Origin: an uncultured archaeon
GTDB taxonomy: Archaea; Aenigmatarchaeota; Aenigmatarchaeia; QMZP01; JACQNV01
NCBI GenBank assembly: GCA_964410585.1
Contig: CAYPFW010000002.1
Span: 177,077-241,076, forward strand
Reading direction: 5' to 3'
DNA length: 64,000 nt
Part shown: positions 18,582-27,412 of the stretch, piece by piece
How positions within the stretch are numbered: the first letter of the stretch is position 1
How the letters are laid out: every line of letters begins with the position of its first letter
Translations under genes and position numbers: made by a program
Notes under the pieces: generated by a model
Database searches by the model: none
Told to the model about the DNA's origin: nothing
What the model saw: only the letters and a program-made list of their open reading frames with translations

Positions 18582-20267
18582 CTACTTCCTAAAAATCTCC
18601 TCTAAAGGAGTGGGTTTAGTCACTGTGTTTTTGAGTTCGTCTATTTTCAGTTTGTCCAATTGTTTAAACAGAATTTCTGGTTCGCTTATTCTATGGTTCT
18701 TTTTCAAGTTGATTTTGTTTGCATCAGACCATTTGTATTTTTCTGAAACATCGAGCTGATCCAAAATTCTTTTTGAAGTTGAAGGCAAAAACGGCTCGAC
18801 CAAAATAGCTAAGTTCAAACACAAATTTGTGCAGAGGTAAATGACAGTTTCACATCTTTTTATATCTGTTTTCTTCAGTTCCCATGGTTTGTTTTCCTGG
18901 AAATATCTGTTTCCTTCTGCAGACAATTCTAAAATTTTCTGAAGGGCTTCCCTTATCTTGATTTGTTCAAAAAGGTCGGTGACTTCTTTTTGGGTTTTTT
19001 CTATTTTTTTGACAAGTTCCATATCTCTTGCTGAAAGCTCGTGGTAGTTCAATGTTTTGTCAAGATGATTGTACAAAAAAGACAAAGTCCTGTTTACAAA
19101 ATTCCCAAAATTCCCAATCAAGTCGCTGTTGACCCTTGCTTCAAATTCGTCCCATTTAAATTCAGAGTCTTTTGTTTCTGGTATGATGTTTGATAGATAA
19201 AATCTCCAAATATCTACATCAACACCAGAAGATGCAAGCTTCTCACAGAATACGCCCCAACTTCTGCTTTTTGAGATTTTGTCGCCCTCATAATTGCAAT
19301 ACTGGAGGCCAACAACTTGATATGGTAGGTTGAATCCTCCGTGTGCTATGAGCACTCCAGGCCAAAAAATTGTGTGGAATGGGATATTGTCCTTTCCTAG
19401 GAAATTGTAAACTTTAGTTTCTTTGTTTTTCCAGAAATCTTCCCAATTTTTCTCATTTTTTTCTGCCCACTCTTTTGTAGAGGATACATATCCAATTGGT
19501 GCGTCAAACCAAACATAGAAAATCTTGTCAGAAAAATCAGCCAAAGGAACAGGTACGCCAAACTTCAAATCTCTTGTGATGCATCTTGGCTTTAGACCTT
19601 CTTTTATCCAACCTAAAGCCAAAGCCCTTACCTGTTCTCTCCACTGTGGATTTGAGTCTATCCAATCTTTTAGTTTGTTTTCTAGTTTAGAGAAATCCAA
19701 GAACAGGTGTTTGACCTTCCTCTCTATTGGTTTTGATCCACAGAGTTTGCACTTTGGATTTTTCAGTTGATCTGGATCCAAAAGCTTTGTGCATGCCTCA
19801 CACTGGTCGCCTCTAGCCCTTTCTGACTTGCAATAAGGACATGTACCTTCAACATATCTGTCGGGAAGAGACAAGTCGCATTTTTTACAATATGGAAGCT
19901 TGATAGATTTCTCAGAAATAAATCCTTTGTGATTTATTATTTCAAAAAAGTCCTGGGTTGTTTTGTGGTGTATTGGTTTTGACGTCCTTGAAAAATTGTC
20001 ATAGCTTATTCCAAACCAGTCATATATTGATTTGTGAATTTTGTGGAAAGTATCAACTAACTTTTGAGGTTCAATCTTCAATTCCCTTGCAGCAACCTCT
20101 GTCGGACTTCCATTTTCATCTGTCGCACCAATCAACACTGTTTCATATCCTTTAAGCCTGCAATACCTTGCAAAAATATCTGCAGGAAGATGTGAGCCTA
20201 CTATGTTTCCAATGTGTGGAATGTTATTGGTGTATGGAAGCGCGCAGAGGATTAGTCGTTTTTCCAT
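18582..20267 (-). CDS. metG: Methionine--tRNA ligase (no C-terminal appended domain)
   Basis: ALPY.N..PHIGN, two Zn knuckles, YVWFDAPIGY, GKDNIPFH, KISKS. Confidence 0.96.
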   Translation of the reverse strand: MEKRLILCALPYTNNIPHIGNIVGSHLPADIFARYCRLKGYETVLIGATDENGSPTEVAARELKIEPQKLVDTFHKIHKSIYDWFGISYDNFSRTSKPIHHKTTQDFFEIINHKGFISEKSIKLPYCKKCDLSLPDRYVEGTCPYCKSERARGDQCEACTKLLDPDQLKNPKCKLCGSKPIERKVKHLFLDFSKLENKLKDWIDSNPQWREQVRALALGWIKEGLKPRCITRDLKFGVPVPLADFSDKIFYVWFDAPIGYVSSTKEWAEKNEKNWEDFWKNKETKVYNFLGKDNIPFHTIFWPGVLIAHGGFNLPYQVVGLQYCNYEGDKISKSRSWGVFCEKLASSGVDVDIWRFYLSNIIPETKDSEFKWDEFEARVNSDLIGNFGNFVNRTLSFLYNHLDKTLNYHELSARDMELVKKIEKTQKEVTDLFEQIKIREALQKILELSAEGNRYFQENKPWELKKTDIKRCETVIYLCTNLCLNLAILVEPFLPSTSKRILDQLDVSEKYKWSDANKINLKKNHRISEPEILFKQLDKLKIDELKNTVTKPTPLEEIFRK

Positions 20268-20279
20268 AATCTATTTATT

Positions 20280-20879
20280 TTACCTATTATTAAGAATCAT
20301 CTCCCTCACAAGAGTCAAAAATTCCTGGGCTCTTTTGATTGATGTGTCTGCCTTATCTTTCTCTGCTATTTTTCCCATCTCATATGTAAATTCGCGTCTT
20401 TTAGACAGCTCAAATTTCACTTTTTCTATATGCTCACGTGCTTTTTGTTCAGCTATCTGCAAAATTTGAGAAGCCTCTAATTCCGCTTCCTGATATTGCT
20501 CTATAATGTGCTTTGTCATCTTTTTATCCAAGTCTAAGAAATAGTAAACCAGTGCATGGTAGGTTAGAGAATGCTTTCCTTGCTCTACATTAATTCTGCA
20601 ACTATGTTTTGCCAACAGTGCAGTTGCAGCATAAAACATGGAGTAATATGCTGAGTTTATTACCCATGTGTACCCATCATATGTTGTTTTTAAGTGAAGC
20701 TCATCCTTTAGCCTGGTACTGTTTGATATTTCTGATAGTACTTTAGCTGTTTGAAGAGATACATCTGACTTAGCTAGGAAAAAATTGACAAAGTCCTTAT
20801 CTGCTCCTATAATTAACCCTTCTCTTATTAACTGAGTTATAACTTCTCTAGACTTTTGAATATCTTTATCTGTTATCAT
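20280..20879 (-). CDS. HEPN domain protein
   Basis: AYYSMFYAATALL helix, H, RREFTY motif; coupled to the upstream MNT gene. Confidence 0.8.
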   Translation of the reverse strand: MITDKDIQKSREVITQLIREGLIIGADKDFVNFFLAKSDVSLQTAKVLSEISNSTRLKDELHLKTTYDGYTWVINSAYYSMFYAATALLAKHSCRINVEQGKHSLTYHALVYYFLDLDKKMTKHIIEQYQEAELEASQILQIAEQKAREHIEKVKFELSKRREFTYEMGKIAEKDKADTSIKRAQEFLTLVREMILNNR

Positions 20880-21475
20880 TTTATCAACATCCTATAATAT
20901 TGTTCTGAACCAAATAAAATTATGTGGTTTTTAATGGCTTCGTTTAACACATTCAAATCGCTTTTACTTCTCATCTCAAAAAAGCTCTCCTCTGTAGCTG
21001 TATTGATATCAAAATTGTAGCTAAGAAGGCCTAATGCTGAATTAACCCACTTTTCAAAATCCTCTACATTTGTTTGATTTGGTACAATAAAGAAAAGATC
21101 AATGTCGCTCTTTGCGGTCTCTGTTCCTTTTGCATAACTTCCGAAGACAATGCAAGTAAAATAAGTATAATTTATTTTTTTTAAATCAGTTTCGATAAGC
21201 TTAATTCCTTTGTGTTTTTTTCCAAAATCTTCCTTTCTCAAATTCTCAATGTAAGAAAAAAGGCAAATGTTTGAAGAAAGATTTATTTTACACAACTTGG
21301 TTTGGCCTATTTTCCTAACTGAGGCTATTCCGTCTTTTTCAAGATCACCAACAGCTTGATAAACAAGCCTGTAGTTGACTTCTATTCTTTTTGAGATTTC
21401 CCTTATGTTGTAGTCTTTTGTAGGATCTGAAAGCAAGAGCTTTAGAATCTCTACTTGGGTATTATTTATTACCAT
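20876..21475 (-). CDS. Winged-HTH plus minimal nucleotidyltransferase (MNT) protein
   Basis: N-terminal HTH; VFGSYAKG....SDIDL; ATG at 21475. Confidence 0.85.
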   Translation of the reverse strand: MVINNTQVEILKLLLSDPTKDYNIREISKRIEVNYRLVYQAVGDLEKDGIASVRKIGQTKLCKINLSSNICLFSYIENLRKEDFGKKHKGIKLIETDLKKINYTYFTCIVFGSYAKGTETAKSDIDLFFIVPNQTNVEDFEKWVNSALGLLSYNFDINTATEESFFEMRSKSDLNVLNEAIKNHIILFGSEQYYRMLIK

Positions 21476-21495
21476 AAGTAATAATATTATTACTT
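21476..21495. promoter_or_regulatory. Perfect 20-bp palindrome, candidate operator of the MNT-HEPN operon
   Basis: AAGTAATAATATTATTACTT is its own reverse complement and abuts the MNT start codon. Confidence 0.55.
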
Positions 21496-21512
21496 TAAGT
21501 AATATATAAGCT

Positions 21513-21755
21513 TTACGTCCACCTACCCAGTTTTTGGCAAATCTCACACGCTTTGAACATGTTTCTTCTTCCATCTATCCAAAAATCTTTCAATCTTATG
21601 TGTGTCATGCACACTGTTTTCAGACAAAGATCACAGATCCTCTGGCAATTGTGACAGGTTCTTTCTGAGCAAACCCTGCAAACAGGACTTGGTCTCTGCT
21701 CTTGAACAAAAGATGAGCAGACCTTGCACTCCTTTATTGGGTTGTAAAATTCCAT
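21513..21755 (-). CDS. Small Cys-rich zinc-binding protein
   Basis: 80 aa with six CxxC/CxxH pairs. Confidence 0.7.
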   Translation of the reverse strand: MEFYNPIKECKVCSSFVQEQRPSPVCRVCSERTCHNCQRICDLCLKTVCMTHIRLKDFWIDGRRNMFKACEICQKLGRWT

Positions 21756-21862
21756 TTTCTCATCTCCTCATAAGTTGTTCTGTGTTGCGGTTTTGAATCT
21801 TCCAAAAGATGATTCCATTTTGCTAAAAATTCCCAGTTTAAATGGACAATTTTTTTCTTTAC

Positions 21863-22480
21863 TCATATCGTTTCCTCCCAAATATTTTTTATTTCTTCAG
21901 ATTCAACAACATATGCAAAATGTACGCCAAGAATTTTCAGGGTTGTTGTGTGCAAATTTTCCCTTTCCTTAATTGTCGCAACAAGATCTTCTGCCAAAAC
22001 AACATTGAACCCTTTGCTGAAAGCAGATCTCACTGTTGTGTCAACGCAAACATTTGTTGTAAACCCTGCAACTATTATGTTTTCAATATCCTTTTCCCTC
22101 AAAATCTTTTCCAATTCAGGGTTTGTGAAAGCGTCGTATTGGTTCTTCTCCAAAACAACATCTTCTTGTGAAGGTTGGATTTCATAAAAATCATGTCCCC
22201 AGCTTCCTGGTTTTGCGAAAAAGCTTCCATGAGTGAGTTCCATTTTCTTCCGAAGATTCTCAGGAAGCTGGTCTCGGTGTTCAGTCATTTTTGTGTATAT
22301 GATTGGCAAGCCCTTGTTTTTTGCATTTTGAACAAATTCTTTTATTTTTGGAATTGCTTTTTGCAGCGGGCTTACATCCACACCAAGATTTTTTGAAAAA
22401 AATCCTTTGCTTGAGCAGTAGTCGTTTTGTGGATCAATCACAATCACTGCTGTTTTTTCAGGTTTCACAAATTCTTTCAT
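21863..22480 (-). CDS. Isochorismatase-family cysteine hydrolase (RutB/nicotinamidase-like)
   Basis: VIDPQNDY, K..YDAF, G..TNVCVDTT catalytic D-K-C; ATGA overlap with the upstream gene. Confidence 0.9.
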   Translation of the reverse strand: MKEFVKPEKTAVIVIDPQNDYCSSKGFFSKNLGVDVSPLQKAIPKIKEFVQNAKNKGLPIIYTKMTEHRDQLPENLRKKMELTHGSFFAKPGSWGHDFYEIQPSQEDVVLEKNQYDAFTNPELEKILREKDIENIIVAGFTTNVCVDTTVRSAFSKGFNVVLAEDLVATIKERENLHTTTLKILGVHFAYVVESEEIKNIWEETI

Positions 22481-24153
22481 ATTTTCCTCCTTGACTGGTC
22501 TATTTTTCCATAAGCCATCCAATCATTTGCGAAAATCATTCTGCTTCTTGCATCTACATCTTTCACATCGTGTGGTTCTTGGTGAGCACTTCCATAGAAG
22601 TGTGTTGCGCCTAAATTGTAAAGTTCAGGATTTCTTCTAGACCACCTCCAGAGTGTGTACAGTGCACCTTCTCCCATAAAGCCGCCTTTTGAACCGCTAT
22701 ATGTCAAAGGCTTCCAATCTGTTGCTGAAACCTCTCTTTCCCATTTTTCTTTTACTTCTTGGTATTCTCTGTCTGATCTGATTATAGCTTCAACAACTTT
22801 TCCTCCACCTGTTGTTTCTCTGACAGGGAGTTTTTTTACATCAACAACTTCGTCTGGTATAAGGCCTCTAATTGCTTGTTTTAAAAGCAATTTTGTATCA
22901 AAAGAGCCATCTGGAAGTTCCCTATATTTTTGATATTCTGGAATTTTTCTACAAGCATCTAAAATCCTTTCAAATGGAGCTCTGTTTTCAACTCCATGTC
23001 TTCCAAGCACCCAAGTGTTTCTTACATATTCATTTTCCCCTATCTGTGTGATCAGAGAATCTGTGTTTCTTTCTCTGTTTGGGAACATGTAAACCCAAGG
23101 ATAGCCAACAAGAGCCTCGTCTGGTCCACCCGCTGTCATCACAACTTTTGCGCCGAGGTCTCTTGCTTTTCTTGCAAAAAGATCCTCTGGCAAAGCGCAA
23201 GCCAAGTTTGGGTAGCTTGGTCCTAAAACATCTAAAAGCCTGTCTATGTTTTCTTCGCCGTATTCTGTTGTCAAAACCTCAACATGATGTGGGATATGTA
23301 TTCCAGATTCTCTTCTGTATTTTTCTAAAACAGATCTTGCTCCTGGAAGGTCTCCGCCTTCTGGGTTTCCATCATGTACAACTGTGATACATCCTAAAAA
23401 TCTGTCGCGGAGTTCCTTTGCAACTAAATATGATAAAGTAGAACTGTCCTTTCCACCTAAAGCAACAACCAGTGGGCTTTTCCCATCTCCTTCTGGAATT
23501 CTCGCACTTGTTGCTTGTTCAACAATTTCTCTGAATTCTTCTGGGCTCACTTCCTTTCTTTCTCCAAGCTCTTCAAAAGAGGGAACATCTGCCCAAAGTT
23601 TCAATTCAGCTTTTCCATCTCTAACCTTTGCATATGCTCCCGGAGGAACAATTCTCAAACTTCTATATGAAAATCCTGCATTTGTTAAAGCCTGGCTCTC
23701 GCTTGCAAATCCAACTCTTCCATTTTCCTCTGCATAGCAAAGTGGGAACAAACCGTGTTTGTCCCTTGCAGCTACATATTCTCCGTTTATTCGTCCAAAA
23801 AATCCAAAATTGGCATCAGCTTCTCTCAACCCTTCCACACCTTTCTTTTTCACCAATCTCAAAAGAAGCTCTGTGTCATTTGCTGCTTCCAATCCATATT
23901 TTTCTGAAAGCTCTCTCCAATTGTAAACTTCATGGTTTGCTGTGATCACGTTTTGTCCTTCTCTCAAAGGCTGTGGATTTTTTCCTGGCCTAACTATCGG
24001 GAGGTGTGCATGTCCAAGAGCAAGATCCTCTTCTACATACGTATCTGTTCCATATGGTCCTCTTGCCTCTACTCCTTTGAGTCCCTTTTGCAAATCAGAT
24101 AATTGCTCCTCCCTGCTTCCACAATTCCCACACAAACCAACTATTCCGCACAT
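22477..24153 (-). CDS. Asparagine synthetase B-like Ntn amidotransferase (divergent)
   Basis: N-terminal MCGIVG, RGP, ARD..G..PL, FASE, PP-loop LGGKDSS, GGPDE..VGY, VENRAPF. Confidence 0.85.
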   Translation of the reverse strand: MCGIVGLCGNCGSREEQLSDLQKGLKGVEARGPYGTDTYVEEDLALGHAHLPIVRPGKNPQPLREGQNVITANHEVYNWRELSEKYGLEAANDTELLLRLVKKKGVEGLREADANFGFFGRINGEYVAARDKHGLFPLCYAEENGRVGFASESQALTNAGFSYRSLRIVPPGAYAKVRDGKAELKLWADVPSFEELGERKEVSPEEFREIVEQATSARIPEGDGKSPLVVALGGKDSSTLSYLVAKELRDRFLGCITVVHDGNPEGGDLPGARSVLEKYRRESGIHIPHHVEVLTTEYGEENIDRLLDVLGPSYPNLACALPEDLFARKARDLGAKVVMTAGGPDEALVGYPWVYMFPNRERNTDSLITQIGENEYVRNTWVLGRHGVENRAPFERILDACRKIPEYQKYRELPDGSFDTKLLLKQAIRGLIPDEVVDVKKLPVRETTGGGKVVEAIIRSDREYQEVKEKWEREVSATDWKPLTYSGSKGGFMGEGALYTLWRWSRRNPELYNLGATHFYGSAHQEPHDVKDVDARSRMIFANDWMAYGKIDQSRRKI

Positions 24154-24156
24154 AGT

Positions 24157-24765
24157 TTAGTCACCTTCAATCTCAAACTCTTTTTGCAATGCTCTGTATG
24201 TTGGTTCGTCCATTTTTCTCATTGTAATTAAATTCAATTCGTCTCTTCTGTTATGTCTCCAAAGTTCTAAAGCCACAGGATCTTTGTCAATAGTATCTTG
24301 AGTTTGTTCATGGAATTCATAGTGTTTATCTAATGTCAGGAAACGAGGATTAGGGCTTACCCAGACATCCGAACCGTCTTCTCCTTCTTCCCATCCACCA
24401 CACACTTGTTCAAAGCGATATAGGTGAACATCAACATCGTTAATACTTTGTTGGCATGAATTGATTTCTGGAATACCTGATTCCCCCCAATACTTCCTAC
24501 TTTTATCTGTCATGTCAATTGCTCTTTGCCTAGCCGATTCTACTAGAAACTGTTTAACGTCTTTAGGCGTTGACGGATGTTCAATCATTGATGCTAAATT
24601 GCTTGGACTGTAAAAGGCCTCCCATCCAGCTTTTGAATTCTCTAAATTTTCTCTGTATTCATTCCAAGCAGCAAGTGACCTTTGCATTGGTTCCAAACCG
24701 CTAAACTTTTTACTTTTTAATCTATACAAAGCACACGGTGTTCTATAATCTGTTTGTATTGTCAT
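24157..24765 (-). CDS. Hypothetical protein
   Basis: 202-aa ORF with GGAGGT RBS, tightly packed in the operon. Confidence 0.7.
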   Translation of the reverse strand: MTIQTDYRTPCALYRLKSKKFSGLEPMQRSLAAWNEYRENLENSKAGWEAFYSPSNLASMIEHPSTPKDVKQFLVESARQRAIDMTDKSRKYWGESGIPEINSCQQSINDVDVHLYRFEQVCGGWEEGEDGSDVWVSPNPRFLTLDKHYEFHEQTQDTIDKDPVALELWRHNRRDELNLITMRKMDEPTYRALQKEFEIEGD

Positions 24766-24768
24766 ACT

Positions 24769-24948
24769 CTAAGCACCTCCCCAACCAATCATCCTGTACT
24801 GCGTTTTTGTGTCTTCCCAAGGATGTGTTCTACTTTCCCCTGCCATTCTTTGCCCAAGTTCAAATGGACCAACTTTAAACCCAACATTTGGGTTTGGTCT
24901 TTGATTTGCGTCCTCATCGAACGGTGATCTTATGTCATCTCCTACCAT
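24769..24948 (-). CDS. 59-aa peptide, first gene of the AsnB-like operon (not in the ORF track)
   Basis: MVGDDIRSPFDEDANQRPNPNVGFKVGPFELGQRMAGESRTHPWEDTKTQYRMIGWGGA*; GGGGGT RBS upstream; stop 3 nt before the next ATG. Confidence 0.6.
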   Translation of the reverse strand: MVGDDIRSPFDEDANQRPNPNVGFKVGPFELGQRMAGESRTHPWEDTKTQYRMIGWGGA

Positions 24949-25204
24949 ATTGAAACCCCCTTAATTGCCCAGCGCTCATCTTTGTCTCCTGCGTTGCAAG
25001 AGACAATCTCGCTGTATTTTGTTATCACTTTCTGATAACTACTTAATCTATAGAATGGGTACATATCAAACTTTGTTTTAGTTTTTTGTCTAAATGAGGA
25101 AAAGTATATAAGTAAAATCGATAAATTAGTTACATAGAGAGAAAATAGTGGACTAAATATAGAACTACGAAGCTTTGGTACTGTGGCCACTAAAAGAATG
25201 ACTT

Positions 25205-26176
25205 ATGAAGGAATTAGACAAAAAAGACTGGAAGCTCCTATACCACCTATGCCAAGATGCGAGGCTTAGCCACAGCAAGCTAGCAAAGTTAGTCGGCCTG
25301 AGCAAAAATGCAGTCACATACAGGATAGAAAGGCTAAAAGAAAAAGGAATAATCAAGAAATTTTTCACAGTAGTAAACTATGATACCCTTGGATACAAGT
25401 CATTTAATGTCTTGTTAAGACTAAATGCAACAAAAGAACAGGAAAAGGAAATTATATCTTATTTGGCTTCAAATCAAAACATATCTGTTCTGGACAGTTT
25501 AGTTGGCGAATGGAATTTGTTTGTAGAATTTGGCTGTAAAAATTTAGATGTTTTTTACGATTTTATATCAGAATTAAAATCCAAATTTTCTCCAATTCTG
25601 GATACATATGAAATCCACTTCACTCTTTTTCCGTACAAGGTCGAGCAGCTGCCTGTTGAACTTGTTGAAGAAAAACAACAGCCAAAGCCTTTCATAAAGG
25701 GAAAAGATGCAAAAGTAGATGAAACAGATTTGAAACTTTTGTCAGAGCTGGACAAAAACAGCACAGCTACTTTGTTTGAATTAGCAAAATCTCTTGGGAT
25801 AACATATGAAACAGTTTCAGCTAGAATAAAAAAACTAAAATCCAGCAACATTATCCTTAAAATAACAGCACAGATAAGCCTTGGGTCTCTTGGTTATGAC
25901 GTTTACTTGTTGATTCTGGATATGAGAAACTTCACCCAGGAAAGAGAGGCAGAGCTACGCGGTTACATTAATGGCCAAAAAAATATAAGGTATGCTTTTC
26001 TGAGTGCCACAAAACCTGTTCTGTTCATTTATCTTGCTGTAAAAAAATCAGAAGAGTTGAATACATTTTTGCTCAATACAAAAGAAAAATTCGCAGATGT
26101 TATTGTCAATCAAAAATATTTGTTGAGCCCTGAAAATTTGAAATATAGCCTGTTTCCAGAGGGATTGATAAAATAG
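25205..26176 (+). CDS. Tandem (double) Lrp/AsnC-family transcriptional regulator
   Basis: Two HTH_AsnC units (LDKKD..LL..L..DARLS...LAK.VGLS; VDETD.KLL.EL...S......LAK.LG). Confidence 0.88.
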   Translation: MKELDKKDWKLLYHLCQDARLSHSKLAKLVGLSKNAVTYRIERLKEKGIIKKFFTVVNYDTLGYKSFNVLLRLNATKEQEKEIISYLASNQNISVLDSLVGEWNLFVEFGCKNLDVFYDFISELKSKFSPILDTYEIHFTLFPYKVEQLPVELVEEKQQPKPFIKGKDAKVDETDLKLLSELDKNSTATLFELAKSLGITYETVSARIKKLKSSNIILKITAQISLGSLGYDVYLLILDMRNFTQEREAELRGYINGQKNIRYAFLSATKPVLFIYLAVKKSEELNTFLLNTKEKFADVIVNQKYLLSPENLKYSLFPEGLIK

Positions 26177-26209
26177 AATTTATTCCTCTACTACAATAGA
26201 TGTGTGTTT

Positions 26210-27241
26210 ATGCAAACTAACGAAATCAAAAAAATCGCCGAGAACATAGCCACAGCAGAATCTGGCAGACGAAGCCTTGGCGAGTTTGTGAAAAAAATAA
26301 GTCCGCAGTTTGATCTGGTAAAAAATGTAGAGCCTGCAAATTTAGAAAACATAAAAATCGCTGGCATTGATGGGGGGATTGTCAAAACCACTCTACATGG
26401 CTACGATCTCATACTTGCCCGCGCAGTTGGTGTCTGCTTTAATTTCAAAAACGGAAGAATTGAAAAAGTTGATTATTTTCCCTCAAAATTCCCGCCATCA
26501 AAACCTTTCACACTAGAAGCTTCTTCTGAAGTTGATTTCATGTATTTTTCTTCTATTGTGCGCCAGCTGCTGGAAATCCAAAGAGCAATTGATTGTATAG
26601 AAAAATTCAAGCCTGAAATCCTTCTTTTAGACGGTTCAATTGTCCCCCATTACATGTCAAAACCATCAAAAACATCGGTTGTATACACTGAATATGAAAA
26701 ACTTTTAGACCTATATAAAAAGTTATACGAAAAAATTGAAGAGTCAGGAACATTTTTAGCTGGTGTTGTTGAAGATTCAAGGAATGACAGGTTTTGCAAA
26801 CTGCTTGGAAAATTTATTTTGCCCAAAATAGAAAATCAATCCTTCAGCGGTTTATTGGAAAGAAGCAGGGACACAAACCTCTTGTTTTGGGTTCTCGACA
26901 AAAACGAGCGCACGCAAACATTTTCATATTCAGAAGACGAAAACCTAAACCAAAAAGAACTCAACAAAAACGTCTATTCGTTTTATATAAAAACAGCAAA
27001 ATACGATAGGCCAGTTCGTGTTGATTTTTTGGACAAGGAAAAAGAAGATTTCATTGCATCTGTTTTACTTTCAATAACAGGTCAGCACAGTGGATATGGC
27101 TTCCCTACAGTGCTTATAGAGGCAGACAATGTTGCCAAACTCTCTGAGCAAGAAATAGACAACTTCTATTCCTTTATTTTGAAATACACGGGAAATCTAC
27201 CAAGTATTATGCGTTTGAGAAGAGACCAAAGACCATTTTGA
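26210..27241 (+). CDS. nurA: DNA double-strand break repair nuclease NurA
   Basis: AGIDGG, LLLDGS, GYGFP..LIEAD..AKL motifs. Confidence 0.88.
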   Translation: MQTNEIKKIAENIATAESGRRSLGEFVKKISPQFDLVKNVEPANLENIKIAGIDGGIVKTTLHGYDLILARAVGVCFNFKNGRIEKVDYFPSKFPPSKPFTLEASSEVDFMYFSSIVRQLLEIQRAIDCIEKFKPEILLLDGSIVPHYMSKPSKTSVVYTEYEKLLDLYKKLYEKIEESGTFLAGVVEDSRNDRFCKLLGKFILPKIENQSFSGLLERSRDTNLLFWVLDKNERTQTFSYSEDENLNQKELNKNVYSFYIKTAKYDRPVRVDFLDKEKEDFIASVLLSITGQHSGYGFPTVLIEADNVAKLSEQEIDNFYSFILKYTGNLPSIMRLRRDQRPF

Positions 27242-27245
27242 TTTT

Positions 27246-27303
27246 GTATTGTAGTTTCTTTTGGGATACCTTACCACTTTTCTTTTCTAAAGAAAAGGGG
27301 TAG
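27246..27303 (-). repeat. Family A dispersed hairpin repeat
   Basis: Reverse strand reads CTACCCCTTTTCTTTAGAAAAGAAAAGTGGTAAGGTATCCCAAAAGAAACTACAATAC, very close to the tRNA intron 1 copy. Confidence 0.9.
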
Positions 27304-27412
27304 TACACCGGAAATTTGCCAAGCATAGTGCGATTGAGAAGGGATCAGAGACCTTTTTAGGGCAAAACCAGTTGAACAAGGTGCTTTTATTTTTATCTAT
27401 TGTATATATTAT

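Noticed and set aside
22477-24948. Canonical lasso peptide cluster
   Set aside because: The enzyme retains the Cys1 glutaminase domain, no leader peptidase or RRE is recognisable, and the peptide lacks a Thr(-2)/Gly1/acidic 7-9 arrangement.
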